Positions 47,584 through 63,909 of a stretch of 64,000 nt of DNA are shown here, one piece after another; the first letter of the stretch is position 1, and every line of letters starts with the position of its first letter. A program made the translations under genes and the position numbers. Source of the stretch: the human T2T-CHM13v2.0 reference genome, Homo sapiens; assembly GCF_009914755.1 (NCBI RefSeq), contig NC_060938.1; one strand, written 5' to 3'. The notes below the pieces were generated by a model, which had not been told where the DNA came from, made no database searches, and worked only from the letters and a program-made list of their open reading frames with translations.

Positions 47584-47897
47584 GGCTGGGCACAGTGGCT
47601 CACGCCTGTAATCCCAACACTTTGGGAGGCCAAGGTGGGTGGATCACCTGAAGTCAGGAATTTGAGACCAACCTAGCCAACATGGCGAAACCCCGTCTTT
47701 ATTGAAAATACAAAAAATTAGCTGGATGTGGTGGTGTGCACCTGTAATCCCAGCTATTCAGGAGGCTGAGGCATGAGAATCACTTAAACCCGGGCGGTGG
47801 AGGTTGCAGCGAGCCAAGATCGTGCCACTGCACTCCAACCTGGGTGACAGAGTGAGACTCTGTCTCAAAAAAACAAAAAACAAAGAACAAAAAAAAA
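47584..47897 (+). mobile_element. AluSx-like
   Basis: Full dimer. Confidence 0.93.
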
Positions 47898-48001
47898 TTT
47901 ATGATTAGGCTGCTTTGTTTATTTCACACAGACACAAAATGTATGGTAGAGTTCCACTAACTATGTGGTCATCCTCTACTTAGCAGAAGTGGACTCTGCT
48001 G

Positions 48002-48280
48002 TTTTTATTTACTTATTTAATCAATTTTATTTTTTTGAGACAGGGTCTCACTCTGTCACCCAGGCTGGAGTGCAATGGCATGAGCTCAGCTCACTGCAAC
48101 CTCTGCCTCCAGATTCAAGCAATTCTCCTGCCTCAGCCTCCCAAGTAGCTGGGATTATAGGCGCCTGCCACCATGCCCGGCTAATTTTATATTTTTAGTA
48201 GAGATGGGGTTTCATCATGTTGGCCAGGCTGGTGTTGAACTCCTGACCTTAGGTGATCTGCCCGCCTCGGCTTCCCAGAC
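48002..48280 (-). mobile_element. AluS, 5'-truncated
   Basis: TSD gactctgct(g/a)tttt. Confidence 0.92.
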
Positions 48281-48762
48281 TCTGCTATTTTAGGTGGTGC
48301 ATTCTGCTCTCTAAGAAAACTAGGTGCAGCTAATTGAGCTACATTTTCTTGAGCTTTCTTTTGCCTTTCTCTTTTCTTTGATTGCCATCCTGACGGTGGC
48401 ACACAAAGCTGGTCACACCGAGCCCTGGTTCACAGCTTTGGCTGACTCTCCTGGTCTCCTCAAAATAAAAGGTACAGTCCTTGGCCTGACCTTTCTGGCC
48501 TTTGTCATCCAGCCTCTACTCCTATCACTGACTTCATCTGTCAAAGGTTTCTCCCACTCTCCAGCCTCCATCTTTCTTCTCTTCTCCTCCATTTTCAGTT
48601 TCTCAAATTTTCTATGATTTCCAAAGCCTTTAGGCATTTGCACACATGATTCCTTCTGTCTTGTTCACCTTTCTTCCCCACTCCCTGGGTCTTGACTGAC
48701 TCTTGGGCTTCCTGCTAAGATGTCAGCACCATTGAAGCACTCCCTCAGCTGAGGTTGGGTGC

Positions 48763-49125
48763 TGCATTAGTCTGTTTTCACACTGCTGTTACAGACATAC
48801 TCGACACTGGGCAATTTACAAAAGAAAGAGGTTTAATGGACTCATAGTTCCATGTGGCTGCGGAGGCCTCACAATCATGGTGGAAGGCGAAAGGCATGTC
48901 TCACATGGAGGCAGACGAGAGAAGAGAATGAAAGCCAAGTGAAAGAGGTTTCCCCTTATAAAACCATCAGATCTCATAGATTTATTCACAACCACGAAAA
49001 CCGTATGGGGAAACTGCCCCCATGATTCAATTTTCTCCCACTGGGTCCCTCCCACAACATGTGGGAATTATGGGAGATACAATTCAAGAGGAGATTTGGG
49101 TGGGGATACAGCCAAACCATATCAG
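48763..49125 (-). mobile_element. THE1 solo LTR
   Basis: TGCATTAGTC...AAACCATATCA; TSD ggtgc/gatgc. Confidence 0.92.
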
Positions 49126-50333
49126 ATGCCCTCCTCAGGGCTCCTGTGGGTCCCAGAAGACACCCTGCTGAGGGCCCACTTCATTAACATTGTCCAACTC
49201 CCTGCTGGCCCATGAGCTCCTAGAGGGCTGGGACCCTGTACTGTTTGCTTCAGTACCCTGCACAGGGGCCTGGGTCATAGAAGAAATTTTAAAAACATAA
49301 AAGGAAAAAAATCTGTTAATGAATGTCCTCATTACTCTCCTGTAACCTTCGTTTTTCCCCTTTGGGGGGATCTAAACTGCAATTAGTACAGTTAGTAGAG
49401 TTTGTAAATTTCATTCCAACTGAATGACAGTTTAAGTAAAATAAAAGCTGTTAGCACAATAGAGAAATTTTTTGAAAGCAAAATTAAATTAACTTTGGAA
49501 ATTTCAATCACATGAAATTAATTTCTATAATTTAAAGCACAAATTTGAAAAACAGCTTCTCAAATCTTGGATTCAAGCACTGCTTCTAAATCAATCTATT
49601 TTCAATGCTTGCAGACCCCCATCACTGTATGAGAATATGGCCATAAAGGTGATGCTGCCTCTCACCCTCCCTCGCAACTTTTCTTAGAAAGCGTGACATG
49701 CATTTTTTTTTCTGCTGGCATTATAATGAAAGGAAGGGTAAATATAGTAAGATTTTGCTTCATGTAGTGCTATAGGACATAAAAATAGATAAGGTCTAAA
49801 GAACTGTAAAATATAGTGTTTATGAACCAAATTGATTTTTATTTAGAACAGAATTCTCTCTGTGCAGTGCACACTGTTGCCTTTGGCATCTCCCCTGATA
49901 TTACTGGCAGTAATAACAGTTTCACCAAAGTGAAGGGATGTAACTTTGATAATTTAGGAGTGTTCTCAATCAGGCCTCAACACCCTCCTAGATGGAATTG
50001 TCTTTAAAACTGGTGCTGGAAGTTGATAAAATCAAGGCTTTATTTTTACTGTAAAGGTTCTGATGGGCCTTGTTCTAAACTCTTTGTAAACTATAAATCA
50101 CTATTAGAATTTTGTTTAGAGTCTGAAACTGCCTTTATCGTTTTGAATTTTTAGAGCCGGGGGCTGAATTTCCTGTTCGTGTACAACATGTAGCTCTTAT
50201 TCTAGGAAAAACTCCAGTGACATTCTTGTTCAGTAAAGTGAAGTAGGCCTGATCCTATTTATCAAGACTGACTTCTTAGGTTTGCTGAAAAGACATTCAA
50301 TGGCTCACCAGGCAAATCAAGAAATGAGAACAA

Positions 50334-50573
50334 GGATGTGAGGGCGATCTGGCTGCGACATCTGTCACCCCATTGATCGCCAGGGTTGATTCGGCTGATC
50401 TGGCTGGCTAGGCGGGTGTCCCCTTCCTCCCTCACCGCTCCATGTGCGTCCCTCCCGAAGCTGCGCGCTCGGTCGAAGAGGACGACCATCCCCGACAGAG
50501 GAGGACCAGTCTTCGGTCAAGGGTATACGAGTAGCTGCGCTCCACTGCTAGAACCTCCAAACAAGCTCTCAAG
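50334..50573 (+). pseudogene. 7SK snRNA retropseudogene (RN7SKP family), nt ~1-240, 3'-truncated, no poly-A
   Basis: GGATGTGAGGGCGATCTGGCTGCGACATCTGTCACCCCATTGATCGCCAGGG...AAACAAGCTCTCAAG; about 3 differences from the remembered 7SK; TSD tcaagaaatgagaacaa at 50317-50333 and 50569-50585. Possibly RN7SKP255 (memory, unverified). Confidence 0.96.
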
Positions 50574-50613
50574 AAATGAGAACAACACCAAAAGAGAGCA
50601 TAAGATAAAGGGG

Positions 50614-50956
50614 GTGTCTCAGTCTGTTTGGGCTGACTGATACCATAGACTGGGTAATTTATAAACAACAGAAATTTACTGCCCACAGTTCTGGAGGCTG
50701 GGAAGTCCAAGATCAAGGCAGCAGCAGATCTGGTTTCTTGTGAGGGCTCATGCCTCATAGATGGCACCTTCTATGTGTCCACACATGGTAGAAGGGACAA
50801 ACAAGCTCTCCAGGCCTTGATTGTAAGGGCATTAATCCCATTCACTAGGGCAGTGTCCTCATGACCTAATCACCTCCCCCACCTCTTAATACCATCACAG
50901 TGGGGGTTAGGTTTCAGTGTGAATTTTGGGGGGACACAAAAATTCAGACCATAGCA
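50614..50956 (-). mobile_element. MLT1A/MSTD-like LTR
   Basis: ccatagactgggtaatttataaac..attcagaccatagca. Confidence 0.85.
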
Positions 50957-50961
50957 GAGGA

Positions 50962-51820
50962 TGTGTTCGCTTCTTAGGGCTGCCATAACACATTGCCATA
51001 AGCTTGGTGGTTTACAAAAAATGGTACCTATTCTCTTACAGATCTGGAGGCCAGAAGTCCAGAATCAAGGTGTTGGAAGGATTGGTTCCTTCTGGTGGCT
51101 ATGAGGAAGAATCCATTCCACACCTCTTTCCTAGCTTCTGGTGGTTGTCAGCAATCCTTTGCATCCTTTGGCTTGTAGAAGCATGACTCTAATCTCTGCC
51201 TCCATCATCACAGGCCCTCCCACTTTGTGTCTTCATGTCTGTGTCCCACATCTCCTTCTCCTTTCTCTTAGAAGGAGCCCAGTCATTGAATTTAGGTCCA
51301 CCCTAAATCCAGGATGACTTTATTTAAAGATCTTTAATTACATCTGCAAGGACCCTAATTTTTTTTAAGTTCTGGGGTACAAGTGCAGGACATGCAGGTT
51401 TGTTACATAGGTAAACATGTGCCACAGTAGTTTGCTGCACCTGTCAACCCATCATCTAGGTATTAAGCCCCACATCCATTAGCTATTTATCCTGATGTTC
51501 TCCCTCCCCCCAACCCCATGACAGGCCCTGGTGTGTGTTGTTCTCCTCTCTGTGTCCATGTGTTCTCATTGTTTAGCTCCCACTTAAGAGCGAGAACATG
51601 TGGTGTTTGGTTTTCTGTTCCTGTGTTAGTTTGCTGAGGATAATGGCTCCCAGCTCCACCCATGTCCCCACAAAGGACATGATCTCATTCCTTCCTTTTT
51701 ATGGCTGCATAGTATTCCATGGTGTATATGTACCATATTTTCTTATGAGGTCACATTCACAGGTACCAGAGGCTATGACATGGACATATCTTTTTGGGGG
51801 ACATAATTCAATCCACACTA
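50962..51820 (-). mobile_element. MLT1 (B/C-like) LTR split by an L1
   Basis: catctgcaaggacccta...gaggtcacattcacaggtacc. Confidence 0.82.
51359..51742 (-). mobile_element. L1PA 3' UTR fragment (5'-truncated)
   Basis: caggtttgttacataggtaaacatgtgcca..ggctgcatagtattccatggtgtatatg. Confidence 0.92.
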
Positions 51821-52291
51821 GAGAAGGAAAATTCACCAAGGTAAAAAAAAAAAATCCTTGCTGCTTTGACCCTCTCAAGAGCTGTCTATATTTTGACCTT
51901 CTGAATTTTCTCCTCCAATCACTGAGGCTAACCCCTGCCCCTTTTACACAGTGTTTACAATAAAACCAGAATATGAGATATCATTGTGAGGAGAGCTTGA
52001 AGACTGAAAAAGAAAAATAACCAAGAAGCAAGGAAGGAAGACTGGTCTTAAAATCCTAAAAGATCAAAATATAGAACCAGTGACATACAACATGATCTCA
52101 TTTTTTGACAAAAAGTAATTGCATATATGCTAAAAAGATATATGCCAAAAGTACACAGGGATTCACTGGGTTTTGGGAGTATAGAATCTTAAATTCCTTC
52201 TTTATGTGTATTTATATTCTATAACTTTATGTAATTTAAAAACATATTTTTAAACACAAGAACTAATTGTTTATTAAAAGATATGAAATCT

Positions 52292-52963
<672 letters not shown>

Positions 52964-53824
52964 CCCAAGATGGCAAAGGATTACTCACCTGGTCTGGTCT
53001 TTCCAAGAGGCAGTTACTCTGAGTCAAGTAGAGAAGGTGGGACAGGAGTCAGTTGGCACCTTTCCCTGAATCTCCCTTTACAACTTCAACACACCATATC
53101 CTGGGGTTTGGCCACAGTCTAGATGATCTTACTGAATTGTAGATGTGAAAGCTGGAAGAAACCTCACAGATCAACCTCCTTATTTTATAGACCATGAAAG
53201 AGAGCCCTACAGAAGGTAACAGGCTCTCCCAAGGCCCCATGGACAGACATAGAGCTGAGACCAAACCCCAAGAATTGCATTTCCCAAGTGGAACTTCTTA
53301 CGTTAAATGCAGGCAGCTGCTGTCAAGGTCTTGTCCATGAACCAGTGAACTAACACAAATCATAGTGCCCATTTCCAGTTCAACTTCTAATGAATACACC
53401 ACATATCTGTGCCACTACTAGGTGTACAACATTTGTTAAGACTTACTCATAAAACTATTACTAACTACCTGCACCCCATCCAGTCACTGGATAATAAAGA
53501 CAGAGAGGCACATCTTCAGGATGCTACCTAGTTAACAAGAAACTGTAACCTAAATGTCCCAGGCCTAGCCAGGTTGTGAATACAAATGAGACCATTTTAA
53601 TATAAAGACATATCTGTCTGTGACCGGAGTTCCCAACTGCTGTCTTGGAATTTTAACACCCTTGCAAATCCCTGCCCTGGTTATTTTAGGGAGTCTCAGG
53701 TCATAGGGATATAAAGGTTTGGGGTTTACTAGTGGTGTCTCACAGACATTCAGCAGTAGCTCTGCTCATGGTCCTCCCAGGGCCTCATCTGGGAAGTCAA
53801 TGGTCCAAAAACTATTTGTGAAGA

Positions 53825-54722
<898 letters not shown>

Positions 54723-54892
54723 GGAGAAGACAACTGTCACTGTTAGTGCCAACCTAGAGAACCCTGTTTCCTTGACAGTCTAGTCACCAAAACTGCGTGG
54801 CTTCTTCACAGCCCCCATCAGACCTGCTGTTTGTCCTGAAAAGGAAATGAGAGGACCACTATCCTCAACTCTGTGTCAAACTTGCTAGTTAG

Positions 54893-55202
<310 letters not shown>

Positions 55203-55492
55203 CTTGCTAGCTAGAGCCCTGAAGCAGCTAATAGATGATAAAAAACCATAATGCCTATGGAAAAAGGACTCATAAATAACTTAAAGACATTTGTTACTAA
55301 AATAAAAGCACAAAGATAGCAAACTAAATAAAAATATTACCAACAATATATATAGATTGAAAACTAGTAATATATAGTACTGGATATTTTTCCATTTTCC
55401 AGCTTTTACTACCTGAACAGTTTTCAGGATTTGCCTTCCCTATGGTTTTAAAAATGTGCTTCTAAATCATAGATAACACACATGCTAAAATG

Positions 55493-55802
55493 TTTTTTCT
55501 TCTTTTTCGGGGGGAGGGGACAGTGTCTTGCTCTGTCACCCAGGTTGGAATGCAGTAGTTGCAATAACAGCTCACTGCAGCCTCCACCTCCCAGGCTCAA
55601 GCAATCCTCCCGCCTCAGCTACCATAGTAGCTGGGACTCCTGGCGTGCACCACCATGTCCAGCTAAATTTTTGAATTTTTTTTGTAGAGATGGGGTCTCC
55701 CTATGTTGCCCAGGCTGGTTTTGAACTCCTGGACTCAAGTGAACCACCCCCCTCAGCCTCCCAAAGTGTTGGGATTACAGGTGCGAGCCCCTGTGCCTGG
55801 CC
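55493..55802 (-). mobile_element. AluJ
   Basis: Full dimer. Confidence 0.9.
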
Positions 55803-56975
55803 CTGTTTTTCCTTCTATGTCTGATTCTTCGTGCACATATTGCATGTGCTTTGTACTTTTTGGAATGGAGTTGTTGGTTGTCTTGCTTCTCATTTTTCTA
55901 TTGTGGTCCCAGAGGTGTGGAAGAGCTTGAATAAAACAGTACCATCATCACCTATTATGTGAGGAAGGCATTATTATCCCTATGGTGCAGAAATGGAACT
56001 GAGGATCAGAGATGTCAAATAATTCTCTTAATGTCACTCAACTAGATTGTCCCAAAGCTGGCCCTAAGCCCAGGGCTGTGTGACTCCAAGTTGACATTGC
56101 CTTTTTGATTGAGATGCTTTGAGTAATTTTTATCGAATTGGCTTAATATAGCTGAGTAGTGATTTGCCAAATTTGTGCCACCACATAGAAGGTTATATAG
56201 GTCCTTATCCATAAACACTATAGCCTAATGTCTTTGCCTGTGCTGCCTGCTCCTCCCACAGGTGACCCTGTTTCTTCCCTTCCATCAACACAGCTGGCTG
56301 TTCCATGGCCCTTGGCTACCAGCTCTCAGCTTCCTTGATCTTTTCCAAGGCTTCAGTGCAAAGCATCAGCTTCTTCTCTGCCTTCTGTTGCATCTCAGTT
56401 TTCTATTCCCCACTCCTAGATAGCCCCTCCACAAATTTAAAAAACCTAATTATTCCTAACACAAATGAGTTTAAAGCATATGAAGCAAATTTCTCACAGT
56501 TGCAAATAAAGGCACTGTACTCATTAGTACAAGTGACAAAAATCCAACTCAATCAGCTTTATGGAGTTAATTGGTTCATGTACCTGGGAAGTCTGGGGGT
56601 GACCACCTTCAGGCATAGCTGTATCAAGTGGCTCAAACAATGATAAGAGGGCTCTGTCTTTTGACTTTGATTGACTTCACTCTCAAGCAGAATCTCTCCA
56701 ATCTCTCCAACACGGCTGCAAGGACCCCTGTCTGGCATCTTCAGCCTCCTGTGTTCTTTAGATCTCTGCATCCTAGGGCAAGGGAGAAGGACACTTCCCT
56801 CCACCCCTACCCCTACCCTTAGCTCTCAAGCAAACTCCCTATAATGATTTTGATTCACTTTGCTTGGGTTGCATTATATCGCAGCAATGGGGTGGGGTCA
56901 CACTGTTGGCAGCCTTGCCAACATCACACAAAATGGGTGAAGTGGTCATTACCTTCAGATAGAAAAACAGGAGAC

Positions 56976-57314
<339 letters not shown>

Positions 57315-57843
57315 TCATGAACTTTCCCTGAGGGACTCTCATGACAGCAGAAAGAGGAAGCACGTGTCCTCTATCTAACAACCACAACCACCATAGTCTC
57401 ATTCAGCAAGATTGACCCCCACCTTCCAGTTGGCCTGGGTTGAACAGGTGCCCAGCATTAGATCCAGAAGCCAGGAGAAAACAGCCAGATGCAACAGGCA
57501 CACCCAGTCCCTGAAGCCCTCACTGGTCCCAACTACCCCAGGCCCTACCAGAAGTATCTGTGGAGAGGAGGGATGGAGGCGTTCAGCCCCCTTCTCCACT
57601 CCTAGACCCCCAGAGCAACTTCAGGGACTCATTTCAATAAGTATATTCCCAATTTATTTCTTTTTTTTCTCCCAGATCTAAATGATCATCATGATGGTGA
57701 TGGAGGAAGCAGTGATAATGATGATGATGATGTCATAAAACTAAAATTATTGAGCACTAAGTACTGGTCAAGATGCTTTAGATACATCAGTTCATCGAAT
57801 CCTCTCAACAACCTTGTTTTACAGGTGAGCGTTTGAGGATGGG

Positions 57844-58199
57844 TGATAAGGTCTCGCTGTGTCCATATCCAAATCTCATCTTGAATTGTAGCTCCCGTAA
57901 TTCCCATTTGTGGTGGGAGGGACCTGGTGGGAGATAATTGAATCATGGGGGTGGTTTCCCCCAACTGTTCTCGTGGTAGTGAATAAGTCTCACGAGATCT
58001 GATGGTTTTATAAGGGGAAACCCCTTTTGCTTGGCTTTCATTCTCCTTCCTGCCGTGTTTGCTTCCCCTTCCTCCATGGTTGTGAGTTTCCTGAGGCCTC
58101 CCCAGCCACACTGAACTTGAGTCAATTAAGCCTCTTTCCTTTATAAATTACCCATTCTGGGGTAGTGTCTTTGCAGCAATGTGAGAACGGACTAATACA
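57844..58199 (+). mobile_element. THE1D/MSTA solo LTR inside a MIR
   Basis: TGATA...GGACTAATACA; TSD atggg. Confidence 0.9.
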
Positions 58200-60194
58200 A
58201 TGGGGAAATTAAGAAATGTACCCAAGGTCACATCTGGTAAAGGAAGAATGGGGCTTTGCACTCAAGCAGTTTCTTAACCAGTCGTGAAGATTCTTGTTAG
58301 TGGGGCACTTATGATGTGCCACATGCTTTACGTGAATTATCTCCTTTAACTTTCACAGTGGCCCAACAATACAGTGCCTATTATCATCCTTGCTTCATGA
58401 AGAAGAACACGAGGTTTAGGAGGGTTCACCCTCTCAGTCAAAGTCCCTGAAGTGCAGAACTTGGCCAACCCCACAGTGGACTGGCTTCTGCTAGGCAGTT
58501 GGGAGCCACTGCCATCTCCAAACAGCAGGAAGAGATGCTCAAAGCTGTGCTTTTGAAAAATCAATCTGGCAGTAGTGGAGAAGATACACTGTCTTTTCTC
58601 AGCTCAGCATACCAGTTGGAAGGCCTAACCACAGAGCCAGCAGGCGGCAGAGCTGGGGGTTAGATCCCACATCTACCTGATTCCAGCACCCTTGCTCGAA
58701 TCCCCCAAACCTAGCTGCTTGAGGCCAGATGAAGGCTTCCGGCTTCACAAGTGCCCTTCCCTCACTGCGGGTGCATTGGCACCTCACTTCCTTGCCACAC
58801 TTCCTCTTGTTTTGAACCACTATATTGGCTCATCTCAGCAGCAGACAGTTCCTCTGAATAGAGTATGCCCTGAAAAGTCAAAATCTACCACCAGCTGGAG
58901 CTGGTAAGGCTGCAGTACTTCCTGTTGAATCGGGTCTTGGGGCCAGAAACCACATTGTTATTTATACCCGAAGCTCTTTATTCACGGTGCTTTACAAAAC
59001 AAAGAAGGGGCAGCCCCCTGTCTTATGGAGCCAGCAGACCCCAGAGATACAGAAGACAACAGACAATAATAAGCCCTCTCCCCTCTCCTTAAGCTGTAAC
59101 TTCCATCCTGCCTGACCAGTCCCTGCCACTGCCCCTTTGTTTCTTCTATTACCTTCCTCTGAGCAGTCTTATTATGGAAATAGACTCCTAATTAACACAT
59201 CAGGTTTCCGCTTTTCCAAAAAGTCTCTGAAATTGGCCCGTTTCATGATGTTGTTCACTCCAAACACCCCCTGCTATCTTTATTTTGTTCTGCTTTTCAT
59301 CCTGGCTTATATCATTTATTTCTTTGTATTGAAAGCTTGTCAACTCATGGGACCTGGCATGTATTAATTAGGAGGATGGTCTGGAGCCCGACACAGCTTG
59401 ATGGAAAGCCAGTCTGAGGGGGGAATTAGGCAGAGAATCAGAAAGAAGCTGAACCAAGCAGCAGAGGGGTAGATGGCTTAAGACCATGACCCAAATTTCA
59501 GACCCAGGGTGACCGACTGTCAGCCTTCTGGGCTGGGATTCTTCCCTTAAGCTAAGACAGTCTTCACTTTGTGCCATAAAAGTGCACGTCAGGTCTCACC
59601 TCTGTGCCGTTTGCTCAATGTGTACCCCCCTGCCGGGATGCCCTTCTTTCTCTTTTCTACCTACTAAGCTCTGCTGCTTTTCAAGGCCAAAATGAAGTCC
59701 CATCTCCCATAAAAAGCCTTCCGCGGCTCCTCCAGTCCTGAGCAACCTCCATTTTCATGACACTCTTGCAGGATTTGTAGCACATAATTTAGGCCTTGCT
59801 TATGTAGTCTTCTTAATGAGAACTGTCTTAGTCTCTCCAGCCACGTCAGAGAGAAACAGAGTTCAGGAAGACATAGGTTGAATAAGAAAGAAGCTTGTTT
59901 GCCCCTCTGGGGACAGCAGGAGGAGAGGGACAAGCTCAGCAGGCCCGTGCGATTGCACAGAAGCTGGCCTCCAGCGTTGCCCAGACAATCCCCAGCTGTT
60001 TTTTAAAAACATTACCAAGTACACAAATCTCTGCTGTTACCAGCTGGCTAGAGTTGCCCATGTGAGAAGCAGCTCAACTGGAAACCAGTGTCTGCAAGTT
60101 GAAGGGCGTGTCCTTGGATTTTGGACTCATATCTGAAACATTTATTCCTTGTTCTGCCCACAGGTCTTAATACGCATGGGGAACACTGTATTGA

Positions 60195-60563
<369 letters not shown>

Positions 60564-60599
60564 CCCTTCCCTTGGCTTCTATGCCTGCTTCTAATGACT

Positions 60600-60935
60600 C
60601 TCTTCTAAAGACTGGTGACAGATGTACCTGGAAATTTGGGTCCTCCCTAGGGGGCCATTGGCCAATGGCTGACTGGTGCAGAATATGAAAGCCCAGCTCT
60701 GGGGTGCCTGGAGTTGGGATACAATCAGAGGTGTAACTTACACTCCACTGCTTTTTGTAGAGCCATGATGAGGCTGGGACTTGGCCTGAAGTGGCTGTCT
60801 TGCTGGACTCCTTTCCCTTCCCCATCCAGCCTGTTCCTCCTCCCACCCCCTCATTTCCCCTGGAGCACTTCATTTATAAACTCTGGCATACTAGTCCCCA
60901 TCTGCGAGACTGTGTCTGCGAGACCCTGACCTACC
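60600..60935 (+). mobile_element. LTR16-type ERVL LTR
   Basis: gccaatggctgactggtgcag..cccctggagcacttc..gaccctgaccta. Confidence 0.6.
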
Positions 60936-61389
60936 ATAATGCATATGGCACATCTCTTCATTGGTAGTCAGCCCACCATCACCCCCCACAAGCCCATATT
61001 TTAAGGCCATTTTATAAATTCAAATGTTCCCTCCAATACAGTGAAAATCCATCCAGTCATGCTCAGGTGATGTGATGATAGACATCTAGTCAGAAACTTA
61101 TTTTTATTTATGTTGGTTACAAATTAAAGTCATCATTCATCCTCCTAGCACAGTAGTATCTTGCCCCTCTGTGACTTTGGATGCTGCCAAGGTAGTCACG
61201 AATAGATTTCATTCATCTTTCTAGATCCTGTTTTCTTGATATTTGTAGCTCAAGAATGATTCTGCACCACTGGCCCTGCCCCAAATCCTCCTGATAGGCT
61301 ACTCTGAGTAACCAAGCAAATGAGAAGATGACTTTCTGTCCCAGGCCACACAGATCACTAAACTCTAAGTTTATTAAAACCTCTCTCTA

Positions 61390-61794
<405 letters not shown>

Positions 61795-62524
61795 CTACCT
61801 TTGCTGCTGCTGTACATATTCTCTTTGAACCCCCATTCCCCACCCCCAAGCCCCAAACCAGGTCTTATAATTCTTTGCCCCTTCATAGTGCTCAGCACAG
61901 GGCCAGGGGCAAACTTGTCAAATTCATCAGTCACATGGGAAGTAAAAGTCACAACTTTGAACCAAGCCAGGTAAACAGGGTTTGTGCAAGAGTCAACCTA
62001 TTCATGGGACCAAGTACATTTCCAAGCTAGAGACAAAATTGGCCACTGAAACATATTTTTCTGAAATGTAATTTCTCCAACTCCTTTAACTATCTGCCCT
62101 CAGGTGCATTTGGTTTTTCTTTCTAGCGCTATTGTTCTGCAACTTGATCCCTTTTTCTGCCTCTCTGAGAAATTCAAGTTTTCCTGAACTTAGGGTTTTT
62201 AGTACTTTAGATTTCTAAGAAAGGCAGTTTATTAGGAAACCTTGTGTTTACTCAAGTTTGCAGCAGGTCCCGGTTGGCCAGCAGGCTCAATGTGATTCCT
62301 TGAAATTCTGTTCCGGGCATGGACTCCCGGGAGCTAAATGTAACATTTAGTCATCAATAGGATAATTTAGGTTCATTCTTTCTACTTGCCTCCTTAAGAA
62401 GGGATTGGAGTTCACGCTGGTATTCTCTAGAAAACGGAACTACCTTCCCACCCTGTAGAAGTATGTTATGATGGAAAGAGCCACCTATTTCCTGTGTTGG
62501 CTTCTTCTCTGCTTTCGGATTTAG

Positions 62525-62570
62525 GCACGGTGTCTTTTCAGATGTGCTGACTTTTTACGGCTTCAGCAAG
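62525..62570 (+). CDS. Candidate coding exon B (46 nt)
   Basis: Long pyrimidine tract ..cttcttctctgctttcggatttag|, AAG|gtaata donor; phase 2 to 0 reads HGVFSDVLTFYGFSK; CpGs retained. Confidence 0.35.
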
Positions 62571-63031
62571 GTAATACTGTATAAATGCCGTTGGCCGTTT
62601 ACCATTTGGGATTCAACGCAACGTCTGGATCTTGTTATGTAGGCATTTTCAGAGCATTACAGCTCAGCTGTGAAAGCACTCTGGCTTAAAGCGAAAATGC
62701 AGTAGAACCTTGCTAATCTAACAACTTAATAACACTTGCCACCCCTTCACAGCAAGGACTTAATGGTAAGACTCAAAGTGAGGCTTCATGTTTTAGAATG
62801 CACAGGAATGCATCCCACAGATGACTGTGTTATCATCAATAATCTCCAACTTTGCTTATTAAAGCACATGCAGCAACGTTACTTTAACACCACGCTATCC
62901 TTTAATTCAGCCACCAAAGATAGCCTCAAAATAACGAGAACCTGCCTGAGACCTTCTGAGTTATGCTTTGCCTTCTCTCCTTCAGCACCAAGATTCTACG
63001 AAAAATGTGTTGTGGACCTAAGGCTTTTAGT

Positions 63032-63455
63032 TTCTTTTCTTTTCTTTTCTTTTCTTTTCTTTTCTTTTCTTTTCTTTTCTTTTCTTTTCTTTTCTTTTCT
63101 TTCTTTCTTTCCTTCTTTATTTCTCTCTCTCTCTCTCTTTCCTTCTTTCTCTTTCTCTCTCTTTCTTTCTCTCTTGACAGAGTTTCACTCTGTCGCACAG
63201 GCTGGAGTGCAATGGCATGACTCGGCTCACTGCAACCTCCACCTCCCGGGTTCAAGTCATTCTCCTGCCTCAGCATCCCAAGTAGCTGGAATTACAGGCA
63301 TGCACCACTATGCTGGGCTAATTTTTGTATTTTTAGTAGAGACGGGGTTTCATCACCTTGGCCAGGCTGGTCTCGAACCCCTGACCTCAGGTGATCCGCC
63401 CACCTCAGCCTCCCAAAGTGCTGGGATTGCAGGCGTGAGCCACCGTGCCCAGCTG
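63032..63455 (-). mobile_element. AluS with expanded (TTTTC)n/CT-rich tail
   Basis: TSD ggcttttagtttctt. Confidence 0.94.
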
Positions 63456-63909
63456 GGCTTTTAGTTTCTTTAGGTGTCTTTAGAGGAATGTTCTAAACAC
63501 GTTTTAGGTACAGGTATCCAAAACCCAGATTAGCTTATCTGCTTTTCTAAGGACTTTATTTTCACATAGCTAAGTCTAATTTTTGGTTAGAATGGGTTAG
63601 TCCATTTTCTTTCCCTGTGGGGGCGAGGGAAGCTTTCATATTCAAACTTAACTTGTTTCTGATGATCTCTAAATGATTTCTATGGCATATACTAGTTAAA
63701 ATTTGTTTTCTATTTATATTTCTCTCTTCATAAAAATACTGTGTTTAAAAAATAAGCAAGACTAAAGAAGTGACCTATTTTTATTTATGAAATGTAACTG
63801 ATCTCACCTAAAATTTTACTAACTCTAATAAAGATATTACAGTTGAAATTTCCCTGTGTCTGTGTGTCTAATATTGTTATACTCTTCTATCTGATGAAAC
63901 TTTTTACAG

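Noticed and set aside
50262-50640. ORFs over the 7SK copy; possibility of a functional 7SK gene
   Set aside because: 3' hairpin and terminator are missing and TSDs mark a retrocopy
62736-63464. Longest ORF in the track (242 aa)
   Set aside because: Reads through the (TTTTC)n tract and an antisense Alu; low-complexity artefact
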